Notes under the pieces: generated by a model
What the model saw: only the letters and a program-made list of their open reading frames with translations
What the model was told of the DNA's origin: nothing
Database searches by the model: none
Position numbers and translations under genes: made by a program
DNA from: an uncultured Spirochaetales bacterium
GTDB taxonomy: Bacteria > Spirochaetota > Spirochaetia > Sphaerochaetales > Sphaerochaetaceae
Direction of reading: 5' to 3'
NCBI GenBank assembly: GCA_949289305.1
Contig: CASENB010000008.1
Span: forward strand, 87,307 to 151,306
DNA length: 64,000 nt
Part shown: positions 1 to 7,597 of the stretch, piece after piece
How positions within the stretch are numbered: the first letter of the stretch is position 1
Layout: each line of letters opens with the position of its first letter

Positions 1-251
1 TAAATAAAGATGTCGCTGTCTATTATCCTTATAACATCTTCGGCAGTTGGTTCGAATGTATGAACTTCGCTTCCGGAAGGCATCAACATTGAAAGATCGG
101 CGTCTTCTCCTACAATGGCACGAGCGGCATCGAAACTAGGAAAATTCAGCGCAGTTATCTTAAGTCTTCCATCGTCTTCAATCTCTTCGTTTTTTTTGCA
201 GGAAGAGAATATTAACAAGACTGAAAGCATTATTATGAAAATTCTCTTCAC
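1..251 (-). CDS. Metal (Zn/Mn/Fe) ABC transporter substrate-binding lipoprotein, ZnuA/TroA family; N-terminal part only, gene runs off the window
   Basis: My own minus-strand translation from GTG at 251..249 gives (M)KRIFIIMLSVLLIFSSCKKNEE...SEVHTFEPTAEDVIRIIDSDIFI. It has a lipoprotein signal (K/R n-region, hydrophobic core, SSC lipobox) and the H-x-[FY]-E-P-T motif typical of cluster A-I metal SBPs. The GTG overlaps the Fur-family stop (GTGA). Absent from the ORF track because it is truncated. Confidence 0.7.
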   Translation of the reverse strand, partial: MKRIFIIMLSVLLIFSSCKKNEEIEDDGRLKITALNFPSFDAARAIVGEDADLSMLMPSGSEVHTFEPTAEDVIRIIDSDIFI

Positions 252-625
252 TTAACACACTCCTTACAAAGTCCCGTTGCAAGAATGTTTAAAGCTTCTA
301 AAGAAAAACCGGTCTCATCCTCTATGATTCTTATTATTTCGTCGCTTGCCTCTTTTGAAAGATGATAATACTTATTGCACTTCTCACATTTAAGATGAAG
401 ATGCCCATGGCATGATGAGCTTACGGCCGAATAACATTTTCTGCCGTCTTTTACAGAACATTTCAACTTCCCATCCCTTAAAAGCGTTTGAAGAATTCTG
501 TAGAAAGTCGATTTGCTTAGGCTTGGAAGGCTTTCTAATATTTCATCGCTTGTAAATTCCATATGGGAATTCTCATATAAAAAAGACATAAGCATCTCTT
601 TTTGCTTCGTATTATACTCTTTCAT
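248..625 (-). CDS. Fur-family metal-responsive transcriptional regulator (Zur/PerR/Fur-like)
   Basis: 125 aa. N-terminal winged-helix region (TKQKEMLMSFL...FTSDEILESL). C-terminal HGHLHLKCEKCNKYYHL has HxH plus CxxC metal-site motifs, and CKEC lies at the C-terminus. Translationally coupled to a ZnuA/TroA-type gene. Confidence 0.85.
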   Translation of the reverse strand: MKEYNTKQKEMLMSFLYENSHMEFTSDEILESLPSLSKSTFYRILQTLLRDGKLKCSVKDGRKCYSAVSSSCHGHLHLKCEKCNKYYHLSKEASDEIIRIIEDETGFSLEALNILATGLCKECVK

Positions 626-628
626 AAA

Positions 629-645
629 TTGGGAATTATTCCCAA
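629..645. promoter_or_regulatory. Perfect 8-1-8 inverted repeat TTGGGAAT-T-ATTCCCAA; candidate Fur-family operator
   Basis: Read directly from 629..645. It lies 4 nt upstream of the Fur-family start codon (625), inside the divergent region shared with the hydrolase gene at 705. The x-1-x AT-rich palindrome architecture resembles Fur/PerR/Zur boxes. Confidence 0.5.
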
Positions 646-704
646 ATTCTATTTTTAGTCAAGCTATTATTAATCTTTTTCATCATTATCTATATATTTA
701 GTAT

Positions 705-1580
705 ATGAAAATTTTAGCCATCGTAATTGCAGTCATAATCTTTTTGCTTTTCGCATTTTTAGAAAGCGTAATTAACTTTACTTTTTCTGCAAAAATAAAA
801 TACAAGGACAAAAGCAAAAAAGAGGATAGGATGGCAAAAGAGTTCTTAAATAGCGCTAAAGACGTATATACGAATGCAAATGATAATGTGAGACTGCATG
901 CATCACTAAAGGTAAATGATGAGAGAAAGTTTTTAATATCGCTTCATGGCTATAAAGGCAGTGCGGAAGAGAATGCTCTTTTATATCGACATATGTATGA
1001 AAATGGATATAGCGTACTCATTCCAGACATGAGAGGACATGGGAAAAGCGGCGGATCTTGGATTACTTTCGGCTATAAGGAAAAGGACGACCTCATTTCT
1101 TGGATAAATTACATTAACTCAAATTTCAAAAATGCAAAAATAACTTTGCATGGCGTTTCCATGGGGGCATCCACCATCGCACTTGCATTGAAAGACGTTA
1201 ACCAAACGGTAACAGCAGCTATACTTGACTGCGGGTATTCAAGCCTTTATGAAGAGCTAAGCATCAATGCAAAACATATGTGCCATCTTCCATCCCATCC
1301 CACTGTTGATTTAGCAAGCCTTTATAGCAAATTTCGCCTTGGCTTTAATTTTAAGGAGGTTAATCCAGAAGAGAGCATTAAAGACAATCATATCAAAACT
1401 CTGTTTATACATGGTTCTGACGATAAGTTTGTCCCAACATATATGGTCTATAGACTATATGATGCTGCAAAATGCGAAAAAGAGCTGTGGATTACAAATG
1501 GCGTAAAACATGCGAAATCACTTGAGACATATACGGACGAATATAGATCTAGAGTGCTGTCATTCATCGAAGAGAAATAA
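705..1580 (+). CDS. Alpha/beta-fold hydrolase with N-terminal membrane anchor
   Basis: 291 aa. N-terminal TM helix, HGYKGS oxyanion region, nucleophile elbow GVSMGAS (GxSxG), IHGSDDKFVP acid region and a late His (KHAKS). Confidence 0.75.
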   Translation: MKILAIVIAVIIFLLFAFLESVINFTFSAKIKYKDKSKKEDRMAKEFLNSAKDVYTNANDNVRLHASLKVNDERKFLISLHGYKGSAEENALLYRHMYENGYSVLIPDMRGHGKSGGSWITFGYKEKDDLISWINYINSNFKNAKITLHGVSMGASTIALALKDVNQTVTAAILDCGYSSLYEELSINAKHMCHLPSHPTVDLASLYSKFRLGFNFKEVNPEESIKDNHIKTLFIHGSDDKFVPTYMVYRLYDAAKCEKELWITNGVKHAKSLETYTDEYRSRVLSFIEEK

Positions 1581-2057
1581 CGCATCCTTAACTGCTTTCC
1601 AAGACTCAAGAAGACGATCAAAAGAATATCCTGCATTTGCACTTGATGTAGATGGAAGCTTTTCATAGCTGATAGCAATACCATCTTTCAAATAACGGCA
1701 AAAAAGATTATAAGCAGTTCCTCCGTTTAAAAAGATCTTCTCTATCTTCGCACTTTTAATAATCAAGCCAATATCATTTGCCTTTACATCCTTAATGCTT
1801 GAGTCTGAGCTTGCAGAGATATCGCACTCGCCTACAACGTCCCATAAAGCAATCCCCTTCTCATTTAAAAATCTTTTCTTCTCATCGACAGATGTCAAAG
1901 GCTCTGAAAAAAGGAATGACATTATAGGCCAAAACCTGTTCGACTTATGAGCATAATAGAAACCGCTTTCCCTTGATTTAACAGAAGGGAAAGAACCTAA
2001 AATCAAAATCCTTGAATCGCTCGTATATACCGGATCAAGTTCATGGTATGAATGCAT
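1560..2057 (-). CDS. DNA-deoxyinosine (hypoxanthine) glycosylase, uracil-DNA glycosylase superfamily family 6-like
   Basis: ILILGSFPSVKSRESGFYYAHKSNRFWPI matches the family-6 UDG signature as I remember it. I prefer the ATG at 2057 (MHSYHELDP...) to the track start at 2117, but either is possible. Confidence 0.6.
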   Translation of the reverse strand: MHSYHELDPVYTSDSRILILGSFPSVKSRESGFYYAHKSNRFWPIMSFLFSEPLTSVDEKKRFLNEKGIALWDVVGECDISASSDSSIKDVKANDIGLIIKSAKIEKIFLNGGTAYNLFCRYLKDGIAISYEKLPSTSSANAGYSFDRLLESWKAVKDALFLFDE

Positions 2058-2115
2058 ATTTACATTATAGACATTCTTTCTTGAAAAGATAGCCGTATTT
2101 ACATAGACTTTAAGC

Positions 2116-2853
2116 ATGGTTTACAAAGCATGTTTTTCCCCTACTTTTTCAACTAAGAAGGTTATCGATCTAATTTCAGACAGCACTAATGAAATCGATC
2201 TTTCAAAGCGAAATTACAACGAAAGCTATTTTCTAAAAAGCGACGATGTCCTATTTGTCGCCGTTCCTTCTTTTGGCGGAAGATGCCCTTCCCTTGCAAT
2301 AAAAAGGCTTGATAGCATTAAAGCAGATGGAGCGAAAGCCGTTTTAATAGTAACTTACGGAAACAGAGCCTATGAGGACACTCTTATCGAATTGTATGAT
2401 GAAATGAAAAAGAACGGCTTTAAAGTCGCAGCGGCCATTACTGCCGTCACAGAGCACTCAATGATAAGGGAGATTGCAAACGGACGTCCAGACAAGGACG
2501 ATGTAAAGACACTTGCCGAATATAAAAGAAATATAGGGGAACTGCTAAAAGAAAACCATGAGCTAAAAGAAGTTCCAGGCAGCAGGCCTTATAAGGAAAT
2601 TGGGAAATTCTTGCATCCAAATGCAAATATTAGCTGCATCGGATGTAAAAAATGTGCCATATCATGCCCGGCAGGTGCAATAGATTTCAATAACCCAATG
2701 CTAACAGACGATAGCCTATGCATAGGATGCGCAAGATGTATATGCATCTGTCCTTCAGGATCTAGAGGCTATCAGGAAGAAGCTCTTTCCTCCGTTAGAA
2801 AAAGAATAATGCCTCTCACTATTACAAGAAAAGAGGCAGAACTTTTCATTTAA
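2116..2853 (+). CDS. Flavodoxin-like domain protein fused to a 2x[4Fe-4S] ferredoxin domain
   Basis: 245 aa. Two ferredoxin motifs, CIGCKKCAISCP and CIGCARCICICP, in the C-terminal third. The N-terminal part is flavodoxin-like (VAVPSFGGRCP). Confidence 0.65.
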   Translation: MVYKACFSPTFSTKKVIDLISDSTNEIDLSKRNYNESYFLKSDDVLFVAVPSFGGRCPSLAIKRLDSIKADGAKAVLIVTYGNRAYEDTLIELYDEMKKNGFKVAAAITAVTEHSMIREIANGRPDKDDVKTLAEYKRNIGELLKENHELKEVPGSRPYKEIGKFLHPNANISCIGCKKCAISCPAGAIDFNNPMLTDDSLCIGCARCICICPSGSRGYQEEALSSVRKRIMPLTITRKEAELFI

Positions 2854-3512
2854 AATGCGCATAAAAGAGCGATTGAAGAGAAAAGAAGTATGTTTGCACC
2901 GACATATGTCGCCATAATCAGCAGATCGTCATCCACCCTCTCTTCCTCGCTTTGATCGCTCGTCTGTCTTATTATAACAAGGGCATCAGAGAATGCGAAA
3001 CAAAGCGTTCCTGCAACCGCAACCACTTTAGCAAGCCATGCACCGTTAAAATCAGCAGCTCCTACAGAGATTCCAAGCATGGCTACGAACGTTGCATAAA
3101 GGATGTACTTAGTCGAATTAGGTCGCGCTTTTACTAAAACAGGCTCAAAAAGGAATATGTAGATGAACATCCACAGCCCTATAAAGATAAGCCCCCAGCC
3201 CATACTGTATCCAAAAGAGAGGAATGCTGCAGAATAAAGAACATGTCCAATAGAAAAAGAAATTCCTCCGTATAAGAAGGCATTGTCAAACTCCAAAAGA
3301 AGATCGCCAATGGTATATAGAACCACGGTCGCCGCTAAAAAGCCGGAGCACGGAACATAAATGCCCTTGCTTCCTGTAAATGCGGAAAATGCAAGAAAAA
3401 GATACGGCATTATAAGAACTTTGCTGACGCTTTTTACGACTCGCCAGCCTTTTTTTATTGCAACTAAATGTAAGGCTATTATAAGTATAGGTAGTGCTAC
3501 GTATATGGCCAT
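2850..3512 (-). CDS. YhhN-family membrane protein (lysoplasmalogenase family)
   Basis: 220 aa, polytopic. Motifs recalled for YhhN/TMEM86: K-x-L-x-MP-x-L (SKVLIMPYL), GDLLLE, GHVLY and FAFSDAL. Confidence 0.6.
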   Translation of the reverse strand: MAIYVALPILIIALHLVAIKKGWRVVKSVSKVLIMPYLFLAFSAFTGSKGIYVPCSGFLAATVVLYTIGDLLLEFDNAFLYGGISFSIGHVLYSAAFLSFGYSMGWGLIFIGLWMFIYIFLFEPVLVKARPNSTKYILYATFVAMLGISVGAADFNGAWLAKVVAVAGTLCFAFSDALVIIRQTSDQSEEERVDDDLLIMATYVGANILLFSSIALLCAF

Positions 3513-3580
3513 GATAAAACTCCTAAAACCATTATAACAGAGAGGATGCGTTTTTCATTCAAAATTTTCAAAATATTCAT

Positions 3581-3737
3581 TTGACAACTTAGATTTTTGG
3601 CCTTAATCTTTAATTAGATTAAATAAGTTCTTGTTTTACTTTTGCTCCATGCAAAAGCAATCCCCAAGGAGAGGGATATCCCCTCTGCCTCCTCAAGATG
3701 GAGCCCACCTTAACTTGCTAGGTGGGCATTTTATTTA
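3581..3737 (+). ncRNA. Candidate orphan structured small RNA; the span includes its putative sigma70-like promoter and intrinsic terminator
   Basis: TTGACA (3581..3586), a 17-nt spacer, then TAATCT (3604..3609). Predicted stems: CTTTTGC 3639..3645 / GCAAAAG 3651..3657; GCTCCAT 3644..3650 / ATGGAGC 3698..3704 (mutually exclusive with the first); AGAGGG 3670..3675 / CCCTCT 3681..3686. A terminator hairpin at 3703..3727 is followed by ATTTTATTT. There is no plus-strand CDS downstream and no SD-preceded ORF inside. Confidence 0.35.
3703..3737 (+). terminator. Rho-independent terminator (T-tract only in the plus orientation)
   Basis: GCCCACCT / AGGTGGGC form an 8-bp stem with a 9-nt loop, followed by ATTTTATTT. 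In the minus orientation the stem is followed by CTCCATCTT, so it is at best a weak terminator for fic. Confidence 0.55.
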
Positions 3738-4505
3738 ATCCTCTTTAAGTGGAATTACTATCTCTTCAAGAACATCTATGAGGGGTTGGTAATCTCCCTC
3801 TACAGCCGCAATATTTGCTTCTAGGTACTTATCAGGATCGGTGGCGTTCCATACGATGTCGTACCCCGCTTTCTTAGCAAGATCCGTAAAGAAGTATCGT
3901 GTAGTTCTTCCATTTCCATCTAAGAACGGATGAAGAGCTTCCATCTCCGCCATAAAATATGCAAGTTCGTTTATAAAGTCATCGATATCGTCATAGATAG
4001 TAAGAAACTTCGCGCTCCTAAGCTTATCAAATATCTCTTCTGCGTATTTCTCAATATATATGCTTTTGCAGTACTCGCTCCTCTTGCCATCATCCTTTAC
4101 CCTTATCATTCCAGCTGATGGATAGATGTCTCCGAAGATATGGGAATGTATCGCCTTTAAATAATCGAAATTAAAAGGCATGTTCAGAGGTTTTACTAAA
4201 AGCCCTGCAACTCGCACAGATGAGATAAAGATCTCTATCTTCTTAAGCTCTGCTCTGTCTTTTATATTAAAATAATTAACAAGACATCTGGAATCGGGAT
4301 ATCGTCCAAGCTCATCGTAGGAAGCATCATACTCAATGCTCAGGTTATGTCGCTGAATAAATGTCTCAACGACCTCGTTTTCATCGCTCTCTTCTTCGAA
4401 TATCTTTCTAAAAACTTCTTCTGCAACCTCGGGAAAATCGATTCCGTCGAAGTCATATCCGAACTTCACATAGTTAATACAGCCCTCTATGAGAGGTTCT
4501 TTCAT
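3735..4505 (-). CDS. fic: Fic/DOC-family protein (probable AMPylase)
   Basis: 256 aa with a canonical Fic active-site motif, HPFLDGNGRTTR (HxFx[DE]GNGRxxR). Confidence 0.85.
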   Translation of the reverse strand: MKEPLIEGCINYVKFGYDFDGIDFPEVAEEVFRKIFEEESDENEVVETFIQRHNLSIEYDASYDELGRYPDSRCLVNYFNIKDRAELKKIEIFISSVRVAGLLVKPLNMPFNFDYLKAIHSHIFGDIYPSAGMIRVKDDGKRSEYCKSIYIEKYAEEIFDKLRSAKFLTIYDDIDDFINELAYFMAEMEALHPFLDGNGRTTRYFFTDLAKKAGYDIVWNATDPDKYLEANIAAVEGDYQPLIDVLEEIVIPLKED

Positions 4506-4567
4506 ACGTCTCCTTCCTAGCCTTCAGGCCCTATACAAATCTTTTCGACATATTAGCATAAAGAGAG

Positions 4568-5956
4568 TCAACTCTCAAGTTTATGCGCCTCGATAATTCC
4601 ATTATAGCCTGAAAACATCAATTCTCCATAAAGATGAAGTCGAAGGGTCACATCATTTTCCTGCCATACCGTTTCAAAAATCATTCCGCCATTGCATTCT
4701 CCTATGAACTGAATCCATACGATGAGGGCTCCGTCTTCTGTAATAGAGGCGGAAGATAAAGCAGGAGATGATGATTTTTGAGGTATGTCTATAATCTTAT
4801 TATTTCCGAAACAGAACGGATAAGCTTCTTCTTTACCATCTTTAAAAAGAACTATCTTCCCTTCTTTCGAATCAAACGATATGTCTACCTTGCTAATGTT
4901 CAAAGGATTATCTGAAACCACATAAGTGCCGCTTAATGGCCTTACTTGCGCATGGTTTTCCAATGCAAGCACAGATCTCTTCTTCTTTTGCACTCTGCAA
5001 GCTGGATCGAGGTTATCTGCAATATTTAGAAGCGAAGTCATAATCAATGCCGTATGCATTGCGCTTATCTGAGTGTCGGCAGTCGTTACCAAAGAGATCT
5101 TCTTTTCAGGAATTGATACTGCAAGCTGTCCGCCTAGGCCTAAGAACGCAAAAGCATCCTCCCTGACTCTCCATATCTGATAGCCGTAGCCGCATCTTCT
5201 CTCTCTGAGATCGCCAAGGCCTGGGATTCTATTGTCAGATAAAGGCTTTATAGCGTCTTTAATGAACTCTTCATCAATTATTCCGCATCCCCCGCGCGAT
5301 ACTGCATCAACGATTTTAAGCATATCTATAGGCCTCATCATAAGGCCAGATCCACCCTGAGGGTTTCCTGCAGGATCGCTTACGACATAAGCGTCCTTCA
5401 CGCCCAAATCTCTGAACATCTCATCGTATAGGAATTCCATAAAGCCCTTGCCGCTTGCCTTTTCCACGAGCTTTGCAAGAATAACGGATGCTCCCGTATC
5501 ATAAGAGAACGTTCCGCCCGGTTTTCTGTCTGACTTTGATAAGAAGAATGATTTGACATAGTCTTCTTGATAAGTAGACACATCGTTAGAATTCTTAGAT
5601 CCCCTCTTATAACAGGTTGAAACATAAGGGCTCTTCATCATTAAAAGATCTCTGACTGTCGCCTTTCTTATGTTTTCATCTTTTACAAGATCCTCATATT
5701 CAGAAAAATAAGACAATGCCGTCTTATTAATGTCTACAAGTCCTTTCTTAACAAGTATTCCGATTGCAATTGCAGTAATGCTCTTCGTCTCCGAATACAT
5801 TCTATGAAGAGTATCCCTATTAAACGGATCATAGTAGATCTCGGCAATAACATCGCCGTCATACATCGCAAGCAGCGAATGCATCTGAATTCCGATACTA
5901 TCTAGATAATCAAGCGTTTCTTCTATTTTCTTATTTGAATCTTCTCTAATTTCCAT
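4568..5956 (-). CDS. Serine hydrolase, beta-lactamase/transpeptidase fold (class C/esterase-like)
   Basis: SxxK motif SETK in YSETKSITAIAIG near the N-terminus, as in beta-lactamase-family hydrolases. Start moved from the TTG at 5992 to the ATG at 5956 because an intrinsic terminator (5961..5990) occupies the extension. Confidence 0.7.
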   Translation of the reverse strand: MEIREDSNKKIEETLDYLDSIGIQMHSLLAMYDGDVIAEIYYDPFNRDTLHRMYSETKSITAIAIGILVKKGLVDINKTALSYFSEYEDLVKDENIRKATVRDLLMMKSPYVSTCYKRGSKNSNDVSTYQEDYVKSFFLSKSDRKPGGTFSYDTGASVILAKLVEKASGKGFMEFLYDEMFRDLGVKDAYVVSDPAGNPQGGSGLMMRPIDMLKIVDAVSRGGCGIIDEEFIKDAIKPLSDNRIPGLGDLRERRCGYGYQIWRVREDAFAFLGLGGQLAVSIPEKKISLVTTADTQISAMHTALIMTSLLNIADNLDPACRVQKKKRSVLALENHAQVRPLSGTYVVSDNPLNISKVDISFDSKEGKIVLFKDGKEEAYPFCFGNNKIIDIPQKSSSPALSSASITEDGALIVWIQFIGECNGGMIFETVWQENDVTLRLHLYGELMFSGYNGIIEAHKLES

Positions 5957-5960
5957 AAGC

Positions 5961-5990
5961 AAAAAAATAAATGGCCGACATAAGCCGGCC
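5961..5990 (-). terminator. Intrinsic terminator/attenuator between the SBP gene and the hydrolase gene
   Basis: On the minus strand, GGCCG-gcttatgt-CGGCC is followed by ATTTATTTTTTT. It sits immediately after the SBP stop (5997). Confidence 0.55.
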
Positions 5991-5996
5991 AAATTG

Positions 5997-7574
5997 TCAG
6001 TCTGCGACTACAAGGTTGTTCTCCCTTGCGAATTCAATTCCCTGCTCATTCCAAGCTGCGCCGCCAATGCGCCCAAAGTCATCAAGGAATTTCTGCCAGT
6101 TCTCTGGTGTCAATTCTTTTGTTCCATTCAGGAACTCTGCTATTGACTGCTCATAGAATCTTGATACGTCCGCATTCGGCGTCGGCATCATTCCTGATCC
6201 TACAGCAAGAGTCCATGGCCTCTTCTCCATCTCTGCTAGATATCCTACAGGGGAGATTGTCTTTCCGGATGTGGATGTTACGTAATCCGGGAACCTTATG
6301 CTCGTCTCTTCATGGCTGTTAGTGAATACGAGGTTTCTTAGCTGAGTATATACCTGGCCCTGCTGTCCTGTATAAGACATCTCGCCAAGTCCTTCTGTTG
6401 AAGGATTTCCATTCTCGTCTAAGATGTATGTAACGCCTTCAACGCCGTATCCGAGCAGATGATATCCTTCATCAGATGCCATCCATTCAAAAAGCCTTGC
6501 GATAGCTTCAAGCTTTCCTTCATCCACTGCTTCCTGACTTACAGCATAGATTCTGTATGTCTTATCAAGAGAACCTGTGCTCTGATCTCCGTTTGGTCCA
6601 ATTGGAGGATCGATTACAACCCATTCGCCGTTTGGGAAGTTAGTATCGAACGGTGCATAGTTGCTCTCTGCAGAAAGTGCTGCCCACTGCTCATACATAA
6701 CGCCAAACCTTCCCTGCTTCCAAGCGGCTCTGAAATCATCCTTTCTGTAAGAAAGCCAGTTCGGATCGATAACGCCGTCGTTGCACATCTTTCTAAAGTA
6801 TACAAGGAAGTCATAGAAGCTGTCTTTATAAACAGTAAGACCGAGATCGCTTTCATTGAAAGTCCATAGTCCTGTTACACCGAATGCTCCCATAATAGGC
6901 CAGAGTCTTGATCCTGGGTATCCTTTGAGCATAGTATCGCTCTCTACGAATGCGCCATAACCCCATGTATCGTTTCTACCGTTTCCATCAGGGTCGTTAT
7001 ATGTAAAGGCATACATTACGTCATACAGCTCATCCAATGTGGTAGGAATTTCAAGTCCAAGGTTATCAAGCCAGTCCTTTCTGATTACAAGACCTTCGAT
7101 TGGAGTTGTAGAACTTGGAACTGCCATGCCGAAGTTCTCTCCGTCGAATGTAGTGTAATTCCTTGAAGCCGCGTCATGGTATTTCGCAGTACGATTCGGC
7201 ATCATATCGTAGATGTCATCAATTGCAGCTACAAGACCCTGACGGATCAAGTTGCTAAGTACAGGACGTGATACGAAGAATACGTCTGGCAGATCGTTAG
7301 CAGCACCTGCTGCCTGAATTCTTACGTCCTGATCGCTTTCATTTGAAGGAAGAGCCGTGATTGTCAATTCAATTCCAAGCTCATCCCTGATAATATCATA
7401 GCCTACCCAGTCTGATGGAATAGGACCAGCTTCTGTTACGGCTGCTCCATACCACATATTAATTGGAACTAATCCATTTTCTGTTAGTACTGGGCCTTCG
7501 TTATCGCTTCCACCCATTGCAAACAGGCTGAAAGATAGAAGAGCGACTAGTAAAATAGCAATAAGTTTTTTCAT
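5997..7574 (-). CDS. Extracellular solute-binding protein, ABC transporter family 1 (large LipO/YtcQ-type carbohydrate SBP)
   Basis: 525 aa. N-terminal signal peptide MKKLIAILLVALLSFSLFAMGGS. Size and composition (W/Y/D/G-rich) fit large sugar-oligomer SBPs. Confidence 0.7.
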   Translation of the reverse strand: MKKLIAILLVALLSFSLFAMGGSDNEGPVLTENGLVPINMWYGAAVTEAGPIPSDWVGYDIIRDELGIELTITALPSNESDQDVRIQAAGAANDLPDVFFVSRPVLSNLIRQGLVAAIDDIYDMMPNRTAKYHDAASRNYTTFDGENFGMAVPSSTTPIEGLVIRKDWLDNLGLEIPTTLDELYDVMYAFTYNDPDGNGRNDTWGYGAFVESDTMLKGYPGSRLWPIMGAFGVTGLWTFNESDLGLTVYKDSFYDFLVYFRKMCNDGVIDPNWLSYRKDDFRAAWKQGRFGVMYEQWAALSAESNYAPFDTNFPNGEWVVIDPPIGPNGDQSTGSLDKTYRIYAVSQEAVDEGKLEAIARLFEWMASDEGYHLLGYGVEGVTYILDENGNPSTEGLGEMSYTGQQGQVYTQLRNLVFTNSHEETSIRFPDYVTSTSGKTISPVGYLAEMEKRPWTLAVGSGMMPTPNADVSRFYEQSIAEFLNGTKELTPENWQKFLDDFGRIGGAAWNEQGIEFARENNLVVAD

Positions 7575-7597
7575 AGCTTTCTCCTATTGACAGTTTT

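Noticed and set aside
3649-3738. 29-aa ORF (MQKQSPRRGISPLPPQDGAHLNLLGGHFI) inside the candidate sRNA.
   Set aside because: There is no Shine-Dalgarno upstream. The ORF runs through both arms of the terminator hairpin, and its composition looks like translated stem sequence.
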